Positions 46,140-54,333 of a stretch of DNA of 64,000 nucleotides are shown here, piece by piece. The stretch comes from Intestinimonas sp. (GTDB taxonomy: Bacteria; Bacillota; Clostridia; Oscillospirales; Oscillospiraceae). The stretch's first letter is position 1; each line of letters opens with the position of its first letter. Under the pieces are notes generated by a model. The model worked only from the letters and a program-made list of their open reading frames with translations. It did not search any database and was not told the origin of the DNA. The stretch lies in NCBI GenBank assembly GCA_022653075.1, contig JALCSB010000001.1, positions 128,327 to 192,326 of the forward strand. Direction: 5' to 3'. The position numbers were made by a program, and so were the translations under genes.

Positions 46140-46531
46140 GGAACAAAACCGTTGGCGCGTGTTGGCGGCTGTGTTGCCCCGTGTGGCGTTTTATGAGGCC
46201 GAGTGGCATCCATATACCTGTTGGCAGCAGCAGCCCCGCGTTGCGCCCGTTTGACAAAGCTGTGAGAAAACCCCTGAATTCCTTGAAATTGCTGCTTTCC
46301 GGAGGCAGACTGGCAGGGTCGAAAGTGGTGCAGGTTAAAGGCATTATGCTGCTTTCGCAGCCTAATGCCGAGAAACACCGACCGGCAAAGCCGTTCGGTG
46401 ATTGCGAAGTGACATAACTTCTCCCCAAAGTCCTGATTTGTTATGCTGAATTTTGAAATAAGCGAGATGTTCCGGGCGTTCTGAGCGTTTTCATTGTATA
46501 CTCACGACCATCGCCAGAAAAAGGAGGCAGT
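46140..46531 (+). promoter_or_regulatory. non-coding region, candidate oriT/relaxosome binding region
   Basis: No credible ORF. Contains clustered GTTGGC repeats (46152..46240) and inverted repeats GGCATTA/TAATGCC (46340..46369) and CACCGACCGGC/GCCGTTCGGTG (46376..46400). Lies upstream of the RHH accessory gene and the relaxase gene. Confidence 0.35.
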
Positions 46532-46945
46532 ATGGCAAACGAAACGAAAAAAGTGCGCACCGGTTTTTATATTGAAAAGGAAGTGTTGGATCGGTGCGAC
46601 GAGCTGCTGCCCGTGGCAAATGTAAAATCGAGAAACGAGTTTGTCACCGAGGCACTCAAATTTTACTGCGGTTACCTGACTTCTCAAAAAGCCGAAAACT
46701 ATCTGCTGCGAGCTTTGTCTTCTGTGCTGACTGCTACCGTTCATGACAGTGAAAACCGCATTGCACGAATGGATTTCAAAATGGCCGTGGAGCTTTCCGA
46801 GCTGGCGCATGTGATCGCCTGCTCGCACAATATCGACGAAACGGCTCTGCACAAGCTACATCTGAAATGTTTGGACGAGGTGAAGCGGATCAACGGCGCG
46901 GTGGATTTTGAAAGCGCATATAAATACCAGAAACGGGAAATCTGA
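46532..46945 (+). CDS. ribbon-helix-helix (CopG/MobC-like) relaxosome accessory protein candidate
   Basis: The N-terminus KKVRTGFYIEKEVLDRCDELL fits an RHH beta-strand plus helix. The gene lies upstream of the relaxase gene. Confidence 0.55.
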   Translation: MANETKKVRTGFYIEKEVLDRCDELLPVANVKSRNEFVTEALKFYCGYLTSQKAENYLLRALSSVLTATVHDSENRIARMDFKMAVELSELAHVIACSHNIDETALHKLHLKCLDEVKRINGAVDFESAYKYQKREI

Positions 46946-46989
46946 AAATGCTTTTGGATATGGACTAGCGGGAAATCCTCACCAATTAC

Positions 46990-47021
46990 TTTGAGCAAAC
47001 CAATCTCATCGCGGATCATGA
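46990..47021 (+). repeat. direct repeat copy 1 (TTTGAGCAAACCAATCTCATCGCGGATCATGA)
   Basis: A 25-nt identical core AAACCAATCTCATCGCGGATCATGA plus the TTTGAG prefix recurs at 48171..48203. Confidence 0.85.
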
Positions 47022-47054
47022 GTGCTGCGAAAGCTTAGGGTGCTGTAGAGGAAA

Positions 47055-47085
47055 GGGCAGAATCTACATCTGATTCTGCCCTTTT
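47055..47085. terminator. terminator hairpin
   Basis: Stem GGGCAGAATC / GATTCTGCCC followed by TTTT. Confidence 0.7.
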
Positions 47086-47090
47086 AGATT

Positions 47091-47194
47091 TGGCGGCCCG
47101 TTATGGATTCGAACCACAATTTTCCCCTTCATAAATGCACTTAGTTAAAATGCATTTATGAAGGGGGACGTCCTAACCATTGGACGAACGAGCC
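47091..47194 (-). ncRNA. tRNA-like RNA gene with a 36-nt anticodon loop (29-nt palindromic insertion), CCA encoded
   Basis: Minus-strand cloverleaf: acceptor GGCTCGT/ACGGGCC, D arm GTCC-AATGGTTA-GGAC, anticodon stem TCCCC/GGGGA, T arm TGTGG-TTCGAAT-CCATA, and GCCA 3' end. The loop contains a perfect 12-bp helix TTCATAAATGCA/TGCATTTATGAA. Confidence 0.6.
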
Positions 47195-48015
47195 AAAATA
47201 AGTCTAATAATATTGGGTAACTGACTTTTAAAGTTGGTGTCAACTTTAAAATAAGTTTTCATATATAGACATATTGAATGTTTACGGCGCTCTGGTTTAT
47301 ATTTTTTCCACTTTGCAAGTTGCTGATTAGGAATATCAGCAACTATTTTTATGTAATCGAACTCGCAGTTTTCATACAAGTATGTTGCGAGTTCAACACA
47401 AGAACGAGCAAACAGAATAAAATCATCAAATGAAATTTTCTCATAACTATTGGGGGCGGTCAATTTGGAATATTTTGTGTCTTTCTTAAAATCGTAATCA
47501 GATAATCTCTTATACTCTGAAGAATGAGTCTCAACATTACAAAGGTCGTGGACGGCACTATTGCGGACCAAGCGATAATATTCACAAAGTGCATACATCG
47601 GTTTTATATCAGGAGAAAATCGTTCACCATTTATATTTTTACTCACACTTTTTAACCAAGATTCCTCTTGCTTTTTTTCTTGAAATTGATTTTGTCCATA
47701 ATCTTTAATTTGTTGATAGAGTTGCTTTAGAAAAGTTTCAAAACATAGATGAACGTTAACAATATAACTCAGAGAGATAGAATGCACCATCTTTAATGGA
47801 TCACAGTATGTCAAAGTAATAGAGTTGTTATTTGCAAACTGAGCAAATTTATCTGTATCTGTTAGTAACACAGAATGGTCTGCCAAAAAACTTCGCTTTG
47901 ATAATTCGACGAATTGATTTATCGCACAATATTCTCCCAATATCTGTTTAAAGCTATTCAGGATATTCCTGTTTTGCACATCGCTCACCTTCGTTTGTTT
48001 TGATAATTTTATCAT
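47173..48015 (-). CDS. HEPN-domain protein (Rx4H motif), AT-rich cargo, Abi/toxin-like RNase candidate
   Basis: YYRLVRNSAVHDL contains R-N-x-x-x-H, the HEPN catalytic signature. Alpha-helical, AT-rich and on the opposite strand. The last 7 codons and the stop overlap the tRNA-like gene. Confidence 0.6.
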   Translation of the reverse strand: MIKLSKQTKVSDVQNRNILNSFKQILGEYCAINQFVELSKRSFLADHSVLLTDTDKFAQFANNNSITLTYCDPLKMVHSISLSYIVNVHLCFETFLKQLYQQIKDYGQNQFQEKKQEESWLKSVSKNINGERFSPDIKPMYALCEYYRLVRNSAVHDLCNVETHSSEYKRLSDYDFKKDTKYSKLTAPNSYEKISFDDFILFARSCVELATYLYENCEFDYIKIVADIPNQQLAKWKKYKPERRKHSICLYMKTYFKVDTNFKSQLPNIIRLILARSSNG

Positions 48016-48122
48016 AGAAACATCTGCGTTTCAACACTGAAGGCATTACTATAATAGCAATAAAGACGATTTTTATTAAAATAATAAAGGTGCTTTCATT
48101 TCGAAGTGGAAAGGCGGTCGCC

Positions 48123-48168
48123 GTGCCAAAAATTATTTTTACTTTCCACTATATGCGGACGCTCTGCC
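48123..48168 (+). pseudogene. duplicated 5' fragment of a MobL-type relaxase gene
   Basis: GTGCCAAAAATTATTTTTACTTTCCACTATATGCGGACGCTCTGCC aligns with the start of the intact relaxase gene at 49151 (ATGCCCAAGATTATTTTTACTTCCCGCTACATGCGGGATGCTCCGCC), then diverges into direct repeat copy 2. Confidence 0.7.
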
Positions 48169-48170
48169 GT

Positions 48171-48203
48171 TTTGAGAAAAACCAATCTCATCGCGGATCA
48201 TGA
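48171..48203 (+). repeat. direct repeat copy 2 (TTTGAGAAAAACCAATCTCATCGCGGATCATGA)
   Basis: Matches 46990..47021 apart from one substitution and a 1-nt indel after TTTGAG. Confidence 0.85.
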
Positions 48204-48372
48204 ATGGCAGCACCTCTATTTGCAGGGTGCAAAGGACTGCGCGGGTTGCTAAAAAAGCTGGGCGTGCTGTAAGGGAACATAGGTGGGCCTTTGTGTGAAC
48301 AGAAGCTGTTTTACATATTGCTGATGAATTTTATTGAGTAGAATGTTATAATCAATTTCAAGGAGGAATAAA

Positions 48373-49089
48373 ATGGGAAAGAGAAAAAAAGAAGTCAAAA
48401 AACCTCGGATGAGAACATATTCTGCAAATTTTATTGGTACTTCAGATGAAATCCATATATCTACAGATTCTAATGGTGCCTTAGTTATGAGAACAAAATC
48501 AGGAGAAATTCCTTTATCTGATAGGCAAATGTGGAGTGGATATGAACGGCCTAAAGGTGAAAAAAAGTTAAACTATTTTACAGATGCAATTACTATTGAC
48601 CCTAATAAAGAGATTGTAAATAAGTATAATCAAATATATGGAGTTGATACAAATTCGAAATTCTTCAATAATCGTCTGCATGTTTTAGCTGTTTTAACCA
48701 AAGCGGAAATAGTAGAAACAGATGAACAAGGTGGCAAGGTTAGCTGTAGAATTAAACAAGTTTTGAGTTGGAAGTATGAAGCTCGGCAAGAAAAGTTGGA
48801 ACAACAAGCTTGGTGGTATGCTTGTGAATACATACTTAGGGAATGTGCAATATATGCTAATCCAAGAATAGCCTTAATTGTTGATTGCGACTTGGGTAAT
48901 ATTTTCCGATATAATAAAAGAGAATTGCCTATAATAGAAAATAAGTTTTTACCACCTCAAATTCAACTTGTGTATGGCAGTGTTGATTCAGGAAAAGAAT
49001 TTATACCTAATATAATTATTAACTATACCGACAAAAAGGCAACTGAATACTTAAGCATGGAAATTAAAGGAGATTTGAAGTCGCTTTGA
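48373..49089 (+). CDS. AT-rich cargo gene: hypothetical protein with conserved acidic motifs (possible RNase H-like/EndoV-like nuclease)
   Basis: AAGGAGGA RBS and an extended -10 TGTTATAAT upstream. Motifs IYGVDTNS, EQQAWWY, IALIVDCDLGN and VYGSVDSGKE suggest a D-E-D type active site. No family recognised. Confidence 0.55.
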   Translation: MGKRKKEVKKPRMRTYSANFIGTSDEIHISTDSNGALVMRTKSGEIPLSDRQMWSGYERPKGEKKLNYFTDAITIDPNKEIVNKYNQIYGVDTNSKFFNNRLHVLAVLTKAEIVETDEQGGKVSCRIKQVLSWKYEARQEKLEQQAWWYACEYILRECAIYANPRIALIVDCDLGNIFRYNKRELPIIENKFLPPQIQLVYGSVDSGKEFIPNIIINYTDKKATEYLSMEIKGDLKSL

Positions 49090-49150
49090 TTTTGAGCGAT
49101 CAGCAGTGGTCGCTCTTTTTCTTTGCCCCAAACACAGAAAGGAGGCTGCC

Positions 49151-50950
49151 ATGCCCAAGATTATTTTTACTTCCCGCTACATGCGGGATGCTCCGCCAGA
49201 GCAGCTTCAGAATTACGTCAAGTACATCGGCACTCGGGAGGGCGTAGAGAAAATCGACGAGAGCAAAGCACAGCTTCCGGCGACGGTAAATCAACAAAAA
49301 TTGATTGGCCAGCTTCTCCGGGACATCCCGTCCGCAAAAGATATGCTTGAGTACGGCGATTACCTTCTGCGCCCCACAAGGGAAAACGCCTCTGAGTTTA
49401 TCTCCTGTGCCTTGGAGCAGAACCTTGATCTTGTTGGCAAGAGGGAAAATTATGTGGACTACATCGCAAACCGTCCCCGTGTGGAACGGATTGGTGAGCA
49501 CGGTCTGTTCACCGATGCCGGAATTCCGGTAGTCTTATCTCAGGTGCAGGAGGACGTAATCAATCACAAAGGGCCGGTCTGGACGCATGTGATTTCTCTT
49601 CGGCGCGAGGACGCCGCCCGGCTCGGATATGACAGCGGCAAACAGTGGCGGGAGCTGATCCGCAGCAAGCGGGCCATACTGTGCAAGTACATGAAAATCG
49701 ACAGTGAAAACCTCCGCTGGTACTGCGCTTTTCATAATGAAAGCCATCATCCGCATGTGCATCTCATGGTCTACTCCGCGAAGGATAACGACGGATTTCT
49801 CACCGAGTCTGCCATTGAAGCCATGCGTTCCGAGTTGGCGCACGATATCTTCCGTCAGGATTTTGCCAACATTTATGATCAGCAGGATCAGGCACGGGGT
49901 AACGTTAAGCAAGGCACTGCGGATTTGATGGAAGAACTGCTGCGACAGATATCCTCCGGCATCTGTGAGAACAAGGCAATCGAAGAAAACATTTTGCTGC
50001 TCTCCGAACGTCTTCAAAATACAGGAGGGAAAAAGGTATACGGGTATCTCAAGGCAGACGTCAAGGCTATCGTCGACCGGATCGTGGATGAGTTGGCCAA
50101 AGACGAGCGCGTCGCAAGGTTCTATGCCGCATGGGGCGGCTGGCAGAATGAAATCTATCGAACGTATACCAATCAGCCTCCGCCCCTGCCGCCGCTATCC
50201 AAACAGAAACAATTCAAGAGTATCAAAAACATGGTGATCGCCGAAGCAATGAAAATCGGCGATCACCATGTTTCATTTGAAGATAAATCCATGCCGGAGT
50301 CGGTGATACACCCGGAAGTTGCAGCCGATCTTTCTGAACGGCAAGGCGGCAGAGTTTCTGATCAAAGGATCGCTTCCGGCCTTGGCGCTCCTCATGCGCA
50401 GTGCGCCTTGGCGAAGCTGTACCTCACCGGAGAAGATGTCCCAAAGGACATTCCAAACGCAATCCGGCTGTTCACTCTATCGGCAGAACAGAAAAATGAG
50501 TACGCCGCCTATCAGCTCGGGAAGCTCTATCTCTCCGGCGAAGATGTTCCGAAAGATGTGGAGGCCGCTGTCCGCTGGCTCACTATATCAGCTGAGCAGG
50601 GAAATCAGTATGCTCAATATGCTCTCGGAAAGCTGTATTTCTATGACGGGGATGTTCCCCGCGATAAGGAGAAAAGCCTGCACTGGCTTTCCCTCTCCGC
50701 ACAGCAGGGAAACGTCTATGCGCAGTTTCTCATCGACCACATCAGCGAGTACCGCAATCCGTCCGTGTTGCTGGCGGCGACAAGGCTGATGCATCGGCTG
50801 GAGAATCTGTTCCGCGCGAATTATCACAAGGCGGCGGGCGGCGCTGCATTCCGCATCGATCGGAAGCGCCTGCGCAGGCTGCGGGAAAAAAAGCAGGCGC
50901 AGGGCCACGCCCGCGATGATCACGAACATCAACATCAAATCACTTTATGA
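49151..50950 (+). CDS. MobL/MOBP-type relaxase with C-terminal Sel1-like (SLR) repeats
   Basis: MPKIIFTSRYM..., the histidine triad HNESHHPHVHLMVYS, and a C-terminus with 3-4 repeats of the YxLGxLYxxGxxVPxDxxxAxxW type. Confidence 0.8.
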   Translation: MPKIIFTSRYMRDAPPEQLQNYVKYIGTREGVEKIDESKAQLPATVNQQKLIGQLLRDIPSAKDMLEYGDYLLRPTRENASEFISCALEQNLDLVGKRENYVDYIANRPRVERIGEHGLFTDAGIPVVLSQVQEDVINHKGPVWTHVISLRREDAARLGYDSGKQWRELIRSKRAILCKYMKIDSENLRWYCAFHNESHHPHVHLMVYSAKDNDGFLTESAIEAMRSELAHDIFRQDFANIYDQQDQARGNVKQGTADLMEELLRQISSGICENKAIEENILLLSERLQNTGGKKVYGYLKADVKAIVDRIVDELAKDERVARFYAAWGGWQNEIYRTYTNQPPPLPPLSKQKQFKSIKNMVIAEAMKIGDHHVSFEDKSMPESVIHPEVAADLSERQGGRVSDQRIASGLGAPHAQCALAKLYLTGEDVPKDIPNAIRLFTLSAEQKNEYAAYQLGKLYLSGEDVPKDVEAAVRWLTISAEQGNQYAQYALGKLYFYDGDVPRDKEKSLHWLSLSAQQGNVYAQFLIDHISEYRNPSVLLAATRLMHRLENLFRANYHKAAGGAAFRIDRKRLRRLREKKQAQGHARDDHEHQHQITL

Positions 50951-51924
50951 TTGGAGGTTATGCCATGTCAGGCTATGTACATTTTACCGATGAAGAAAAG
51001 AAAAGAGCCAATTCCGTGGATCTGGTTGACTTTCTGCAGCGTCAGGGAGAGCGCCTCCTGCCCTCCGGTCGGGATAAACGGCTGACATCGGATCACAGCA
51101 TCACAATCCGGGGAAATCAGTGGTTCGATCATTCCTCCGAAGAAGGCAGCCATGCCATTGATCTGGTACGGAGGCTGTACAACTTGTCTTTTCCGCAAGC
51201 CGTTACCCTTCTACTTGGCGGTGAACAGAGAATCGAATACCAGCAGAGCGACAGAAGTAAAGAACCGGAGCCGAAAAAGCCCTTTGAGCTGCCACCTGCC
51301 AATCCGGATATGCGCCGCGTGTTTGCTTATCTCATCAAGCAGCGGTTTATTGACCGGGATGTGGTGACTTGTTTTGCCAAAGCGAAGATGCTCTATGAGG
51401 ACAAGAAATATCACAACGCCGTGTTTGTCGGCTGCGACGCGGATGGAATCCCGCGCCATGCCCATAAGCACGGCACCTATTCCGGCGGCAAAAGCTACAA
51501 GGGCAATGTGGAGGGATGCGATCCCCAGTTTAGTTTCCATTACACCGGAACCGGGAACAGCGTCTATGTGTTTGAAGCGCCCATCGATTTGCTTTCTTTT
51601 CTTACGCTCTATCCGCAAGACTGGAAACGGCAGAGCTATGTTTCTCTCTGCGGCGTCGCGGAACACGCGCTGCTGGAGCAGCTGCAAGAACATCCGAATA
51701 TCCGGGAGGTGTTTCTTTGCCTGGATCACGACGAGGCAGGGATCAAGGCGACGGAACGCCTCGAAAAGATTTTACAGGGACACGGATATTCCGATGTATC
51801 CGTGCTGCAATCGCAGTACAAGGATTGGAACGAGGATCTTAAGACGCGGCATGGTGTAGAGCCGCTCGCTGCCGAAGAACCGGATTTCGAAGAACAGCAC
51901 TGCGGAATGAAAATGACGTTGTAA
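50947..51924 (+). CDS. DUF3991 / Toprim domain protein (primase-like ICE protein)
   Basis: Toprim Glu context VYVFEAPIDLLSF and DxD context LCLDHDEAG. The N-terminal DUF3991-like segment includes NQWFDHS. Confidence 0.75.
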   Translation: MIGGYAMSGYVHFTDEEKKRANSVDLVDFLQRQGERLLPSGRDKRLTSDHSITIRGNQWFDHSSEEGSHAIDLVRRLYNLSFPQAVTLLLGGEQRIEYQQSDRSKEPEPKKPFELPPANPDMRRVFAYLIKQRFIDRDVVTCFAKAKMLYEDKKYHNAVFVGCDADGIPRHAHKHGTYSGGKSYKGNVEGCDPQFSFHYTGTGNSVYVFEAPIDLLSFLTLYPQDWKRQSYVSLCGVAEHALLEQLQEHPNIREVFLCLDHDEAGIKATERLEKILQGHGYSDVSVLQSQYKDWNEDLKTRHGVEPLAAEEPDFEEQHCGMKMTL

Positions 51925-51932
51925 AAACGGAG

Positions 51933-53756
51933 GTGAAAATTATGCAATCATCGCAGATTATCACATTGCTTGTGGTCGGGATTGGAATGTTTGCCGTCAA
52001 TGGGTTTATCTCCCTTCTGGCGCACTACTATACCCTAAATGGGATCAAATCCAAAACGGTCGGCGACGGTCAGCACGGAACGGCGCGGTTTGCCACGGAA
52101 AAGGAAATTCGGCAGACCTATACCCGTGTTGCATACGAGCCTGAAAAATGGCGAAAGCGTATTCAAACACCAGACGCCTCTGCGGAGCATCTTCCGCAGG
52201 GACTGGTTGTCGGCTACAAAAAGAAAAGCGGCTCCGTCACCGCGCTGGTGGATACCGGAGATATCCACTGCCTGATGATTGGAGCCGCCGGTGTCGGCAA
52301 AACCGCGCATTTCCTTTATCCCAACATCGAATACGCCTGCGCGTCCGGAATGAGTTTTCTCTGCACCGATACCAAGGGCGACTTGTTTCGCAACTACGCT
52401 GGCATCGCCAAAGACTGCTATGGTTACAATATTTCCGTGTTGGATCTCCGCAACCCGACGCGCTCGGACGGCGATAACATCCTGCATCTGGTGAACAAAT
52501 ACATGGATGCTTACAAAGAGAATCCGGAAAATCTGTCCTTTAAGGCAAAAGCGGAGAAATATGCTAAGATTACCGCCAAGACCATCATCACCAGCAGCGG
52601 CGAGGACACGGCAAACTACGGACAGAACGCCTTCTTTTATGATGCAGCCGAGGGCCTGCTTACTTCGGTGATTTTATTGATCGCGGAATACTGCTCCCCG
52701 GAAAAGCGGCACATCATTTCGGTGTTCAAGCTGATACAGGATCTGCTGGCTCCCTCGCCGGTGAAGAACAAAAGCTTGTTTCAACTGCTAATGGATAAAC
52801 TGCCGCCCGATCACAAGGCGAAGTGGTTCGCGGGGGCTGCACTGAACACAGCGGATCAGGCGATGGCTTCTGTGCTTTCCACCGCCATGTCCCGGCTCAA
52901 TGCCTTTTTGGATTCCGAAATGGAGCAAATCCTGTGTTTTGACAGCACATTGGACACGGAAACCTTTTGCCGGGAGAAGTCGGCAATCTTCATCGTCCTC
53001 CCGGAGGAAGATAACACAAAATATTTTATGGTGTCGTTATTTTTACAGCAGCTTTACCGCGAGATGCTGACCGTTGCCGATGAATGCGGCGGCAAGCTGC
53101 CGAACCGGGTGATGATTTTTGCCGACGAGATTGGCACCATCCCGAAAATCCAATCAATGGAAATGATGTTCTCGGCAGGCCGTTCCAGACGCATCAGCAT
53201 GGTGCCAATCATTCAGTCTTTCGCACAGCTTGAAAAGAACTACGGCAAAGAGGGTTCCGCAATCATCGTTGACAACTGTCAGGATGTTCTTTTCGGCGGG
53301 TTTGCCCCCAATTCGGAAAGCGCGGAGATACTCTCCAAGGCCCTCGGGAACCGGACGGTCATGTCCGGTTCCATCAGCCGGGGTAAGAACAATCCGGGCC
53401 AGAGTTTGCAGATGATCCAGAGGCCGCTCATAACACCGGACGAACTGAAAACGCTTCCCAAGGGAAACTTTATTTTGGCAAAGATCGGCTGCTGCCCCAT
53501 GCGAACCAAGCTGCCGCTGTTTCTCAAATGGGGCATTACGTTTGACAAAACCTATGAAGTAGAAGAACGGGCGGCACGTAAAGTGTCCTACGCCGACCGC
53601 TTTGAGCTTGAGCAGGAAATCTTGCGGCAGAACTGCGCCTACGAAGACGATTATGATGAATCCCCCGAACCTCCTGACGCCGCGACCGGAGGAATCGCTC
53701 ATACGCCCGCACCGGAACCGCCGGAGCAGCAGATGCCTCCGCTACGGACAGATTAG
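51933..53756 (+). CDS. virD4: VirD4/TraG-family type IV coupling protein
   Basis: N-terminal TM helices, Walker A GAAGVGKT, Walker B IFADEIG and the TraG/TraD pattern. Confidence 0.88.
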   Translation: MKIMQSSQIITLLVVGIGMFAVNGFISLLAHYYTLNGIKSKTVGDGQHGTARFATEKEIRQTYTRVAYEPEKWRKRIQTPDASAEHLPQGLVVGYKKKSGSVTALVDTGDIHCLMIGAAGVGKTAHFLYPNIEYACASGMSFLCTDTKGDLFRNYAGIAKDCYGYNISVLDLRNPTRSDGDNILHLVNKYMDAYKENPENLSFKAKAEKYAKITAKTIITSSGEDTANYGQNAFFYDAAEGLLTSVILLIAEYCSPEKRHIISVFKLIQDLLAPSPVKNKSLFQLLMDKLPPDHKAKWFAGAALNTADQAMASVLSTAMSRLNAFLDSEMEQILCFDSTLDTETFCREKSAIFIVLPEEDNTKYFMVSLFLQQLYREMLTVADECGGKLPNRVMIFADEIGTIPKIQSMEMMFSAGRSRRISMVPIIQSFAQLEKNYGKEGSAIIVDNCQDVLFGGFAPNSESAEILSKALGNRTVMSGSISRGKNNPGQSLQMIQRPLITPDELKTLPKGNFILAKIGCCPMRTKLPLFLKWGITFDKTYEVEERAARKVSYADRFELEQEILRQNCAYEDDYDESPEPPDAATGGIAHTPAPEPPEQQMPPLRTD

Positions 53757-53767
53757 GAGGCGGCGCT

Positions 53768-54025
53768 GTGGGTTATTTTACATCCATCTATGCGGAAAAT
53801 CTGCCGCACCGGGCCAAGGCCGTCTATATGTACCTTCGGGATCGGGCAGACCGGGACGGCAGATGCTATCCGGCCATCGGCACTATCGCAAAGGAACTGA
53901 AGCTCTCCCGCAGCACGGTCAAGCGCGCCATCGTCGATCTTGAAAAGGCCGGCTATCTTTCCAAGAAACAGCGGTGGCGTGAAAACGGCGGCAAAAGCAG
54001 CCTGCTCTACACACTGAAACTGTGA
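53768..54025 (+). CDS. winged helix-turn-helix DNA-binding protein
   Basis: CYPAIGTIAKELKLSRSTVKRAIVDLEKAGYL is a typical wHTH. GTG start. Confidence 0.6.
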   Translation: MGYFTSIYAENLPHRAKAVYMYLRDRADRDGRCYPAIGTIAKELKLSRSTVKRAIVDLEKAGYLSKKQRWRENGGKSSLLYTLKL

Positions 54026-54333
54026 AAAAAGAAATCAGGCCGCCAAGAAATATATGTGCTTTTTTAATGGACTATGGCATGGTTCGTGATGAACCATGCA
54101 GAGAAGGACTCACTCTATCAGAGATTTATCTACAGAGAAATAACATCATATAGATAAGAAATTATTTCTTCTGTAAATATAATTTCTATATTTTATTTTG
54201 CTGATAGTTAAAGACATTTTAAAACAGAAAAAATTTTACGTTTTATGCTTTTTTTATAATTGCATTATTCATTTTTTAAAGCAATGTTCTATTCTGGGTT
54301 CAGCAAAACAAAATGAAACGGAAGGGGAATTCC

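Noticed and set aside
46004-46428. ORFs 46004..46378 (-), 46027..46428 (-) and 46181..46417 (+) in the 46.1-46.5 kb spacer
   Set aside because: They have no RBS, overlap one another, and sit in a region dominated by repeats and hairpins. The region is treated as non-coding (candidate oriT).
46741-47019. ORF 46741..47019 (-), starting inside direct repeat copy 1
   Set aside because: It is mostly antisense to the RHH gene. The equivalent frame from repeat copy 2 terminates after about 20 codons, so the repeat is unlikely to be a conserved coding start.
47091-47194. Interpretation of the tRNA-like element as an ordinary functional tRNA gene or as an att-site tRNA remnant
   Set aside because: It is not an ordinary tRNA because the anticodon loop is 36 nt with a perfect internal helix. 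It is not a mere 3' fragment because all four arms and the full acceptor stem are present. It is therefore reported as a tRNA-like ncRNA rather than a typed tRNA.
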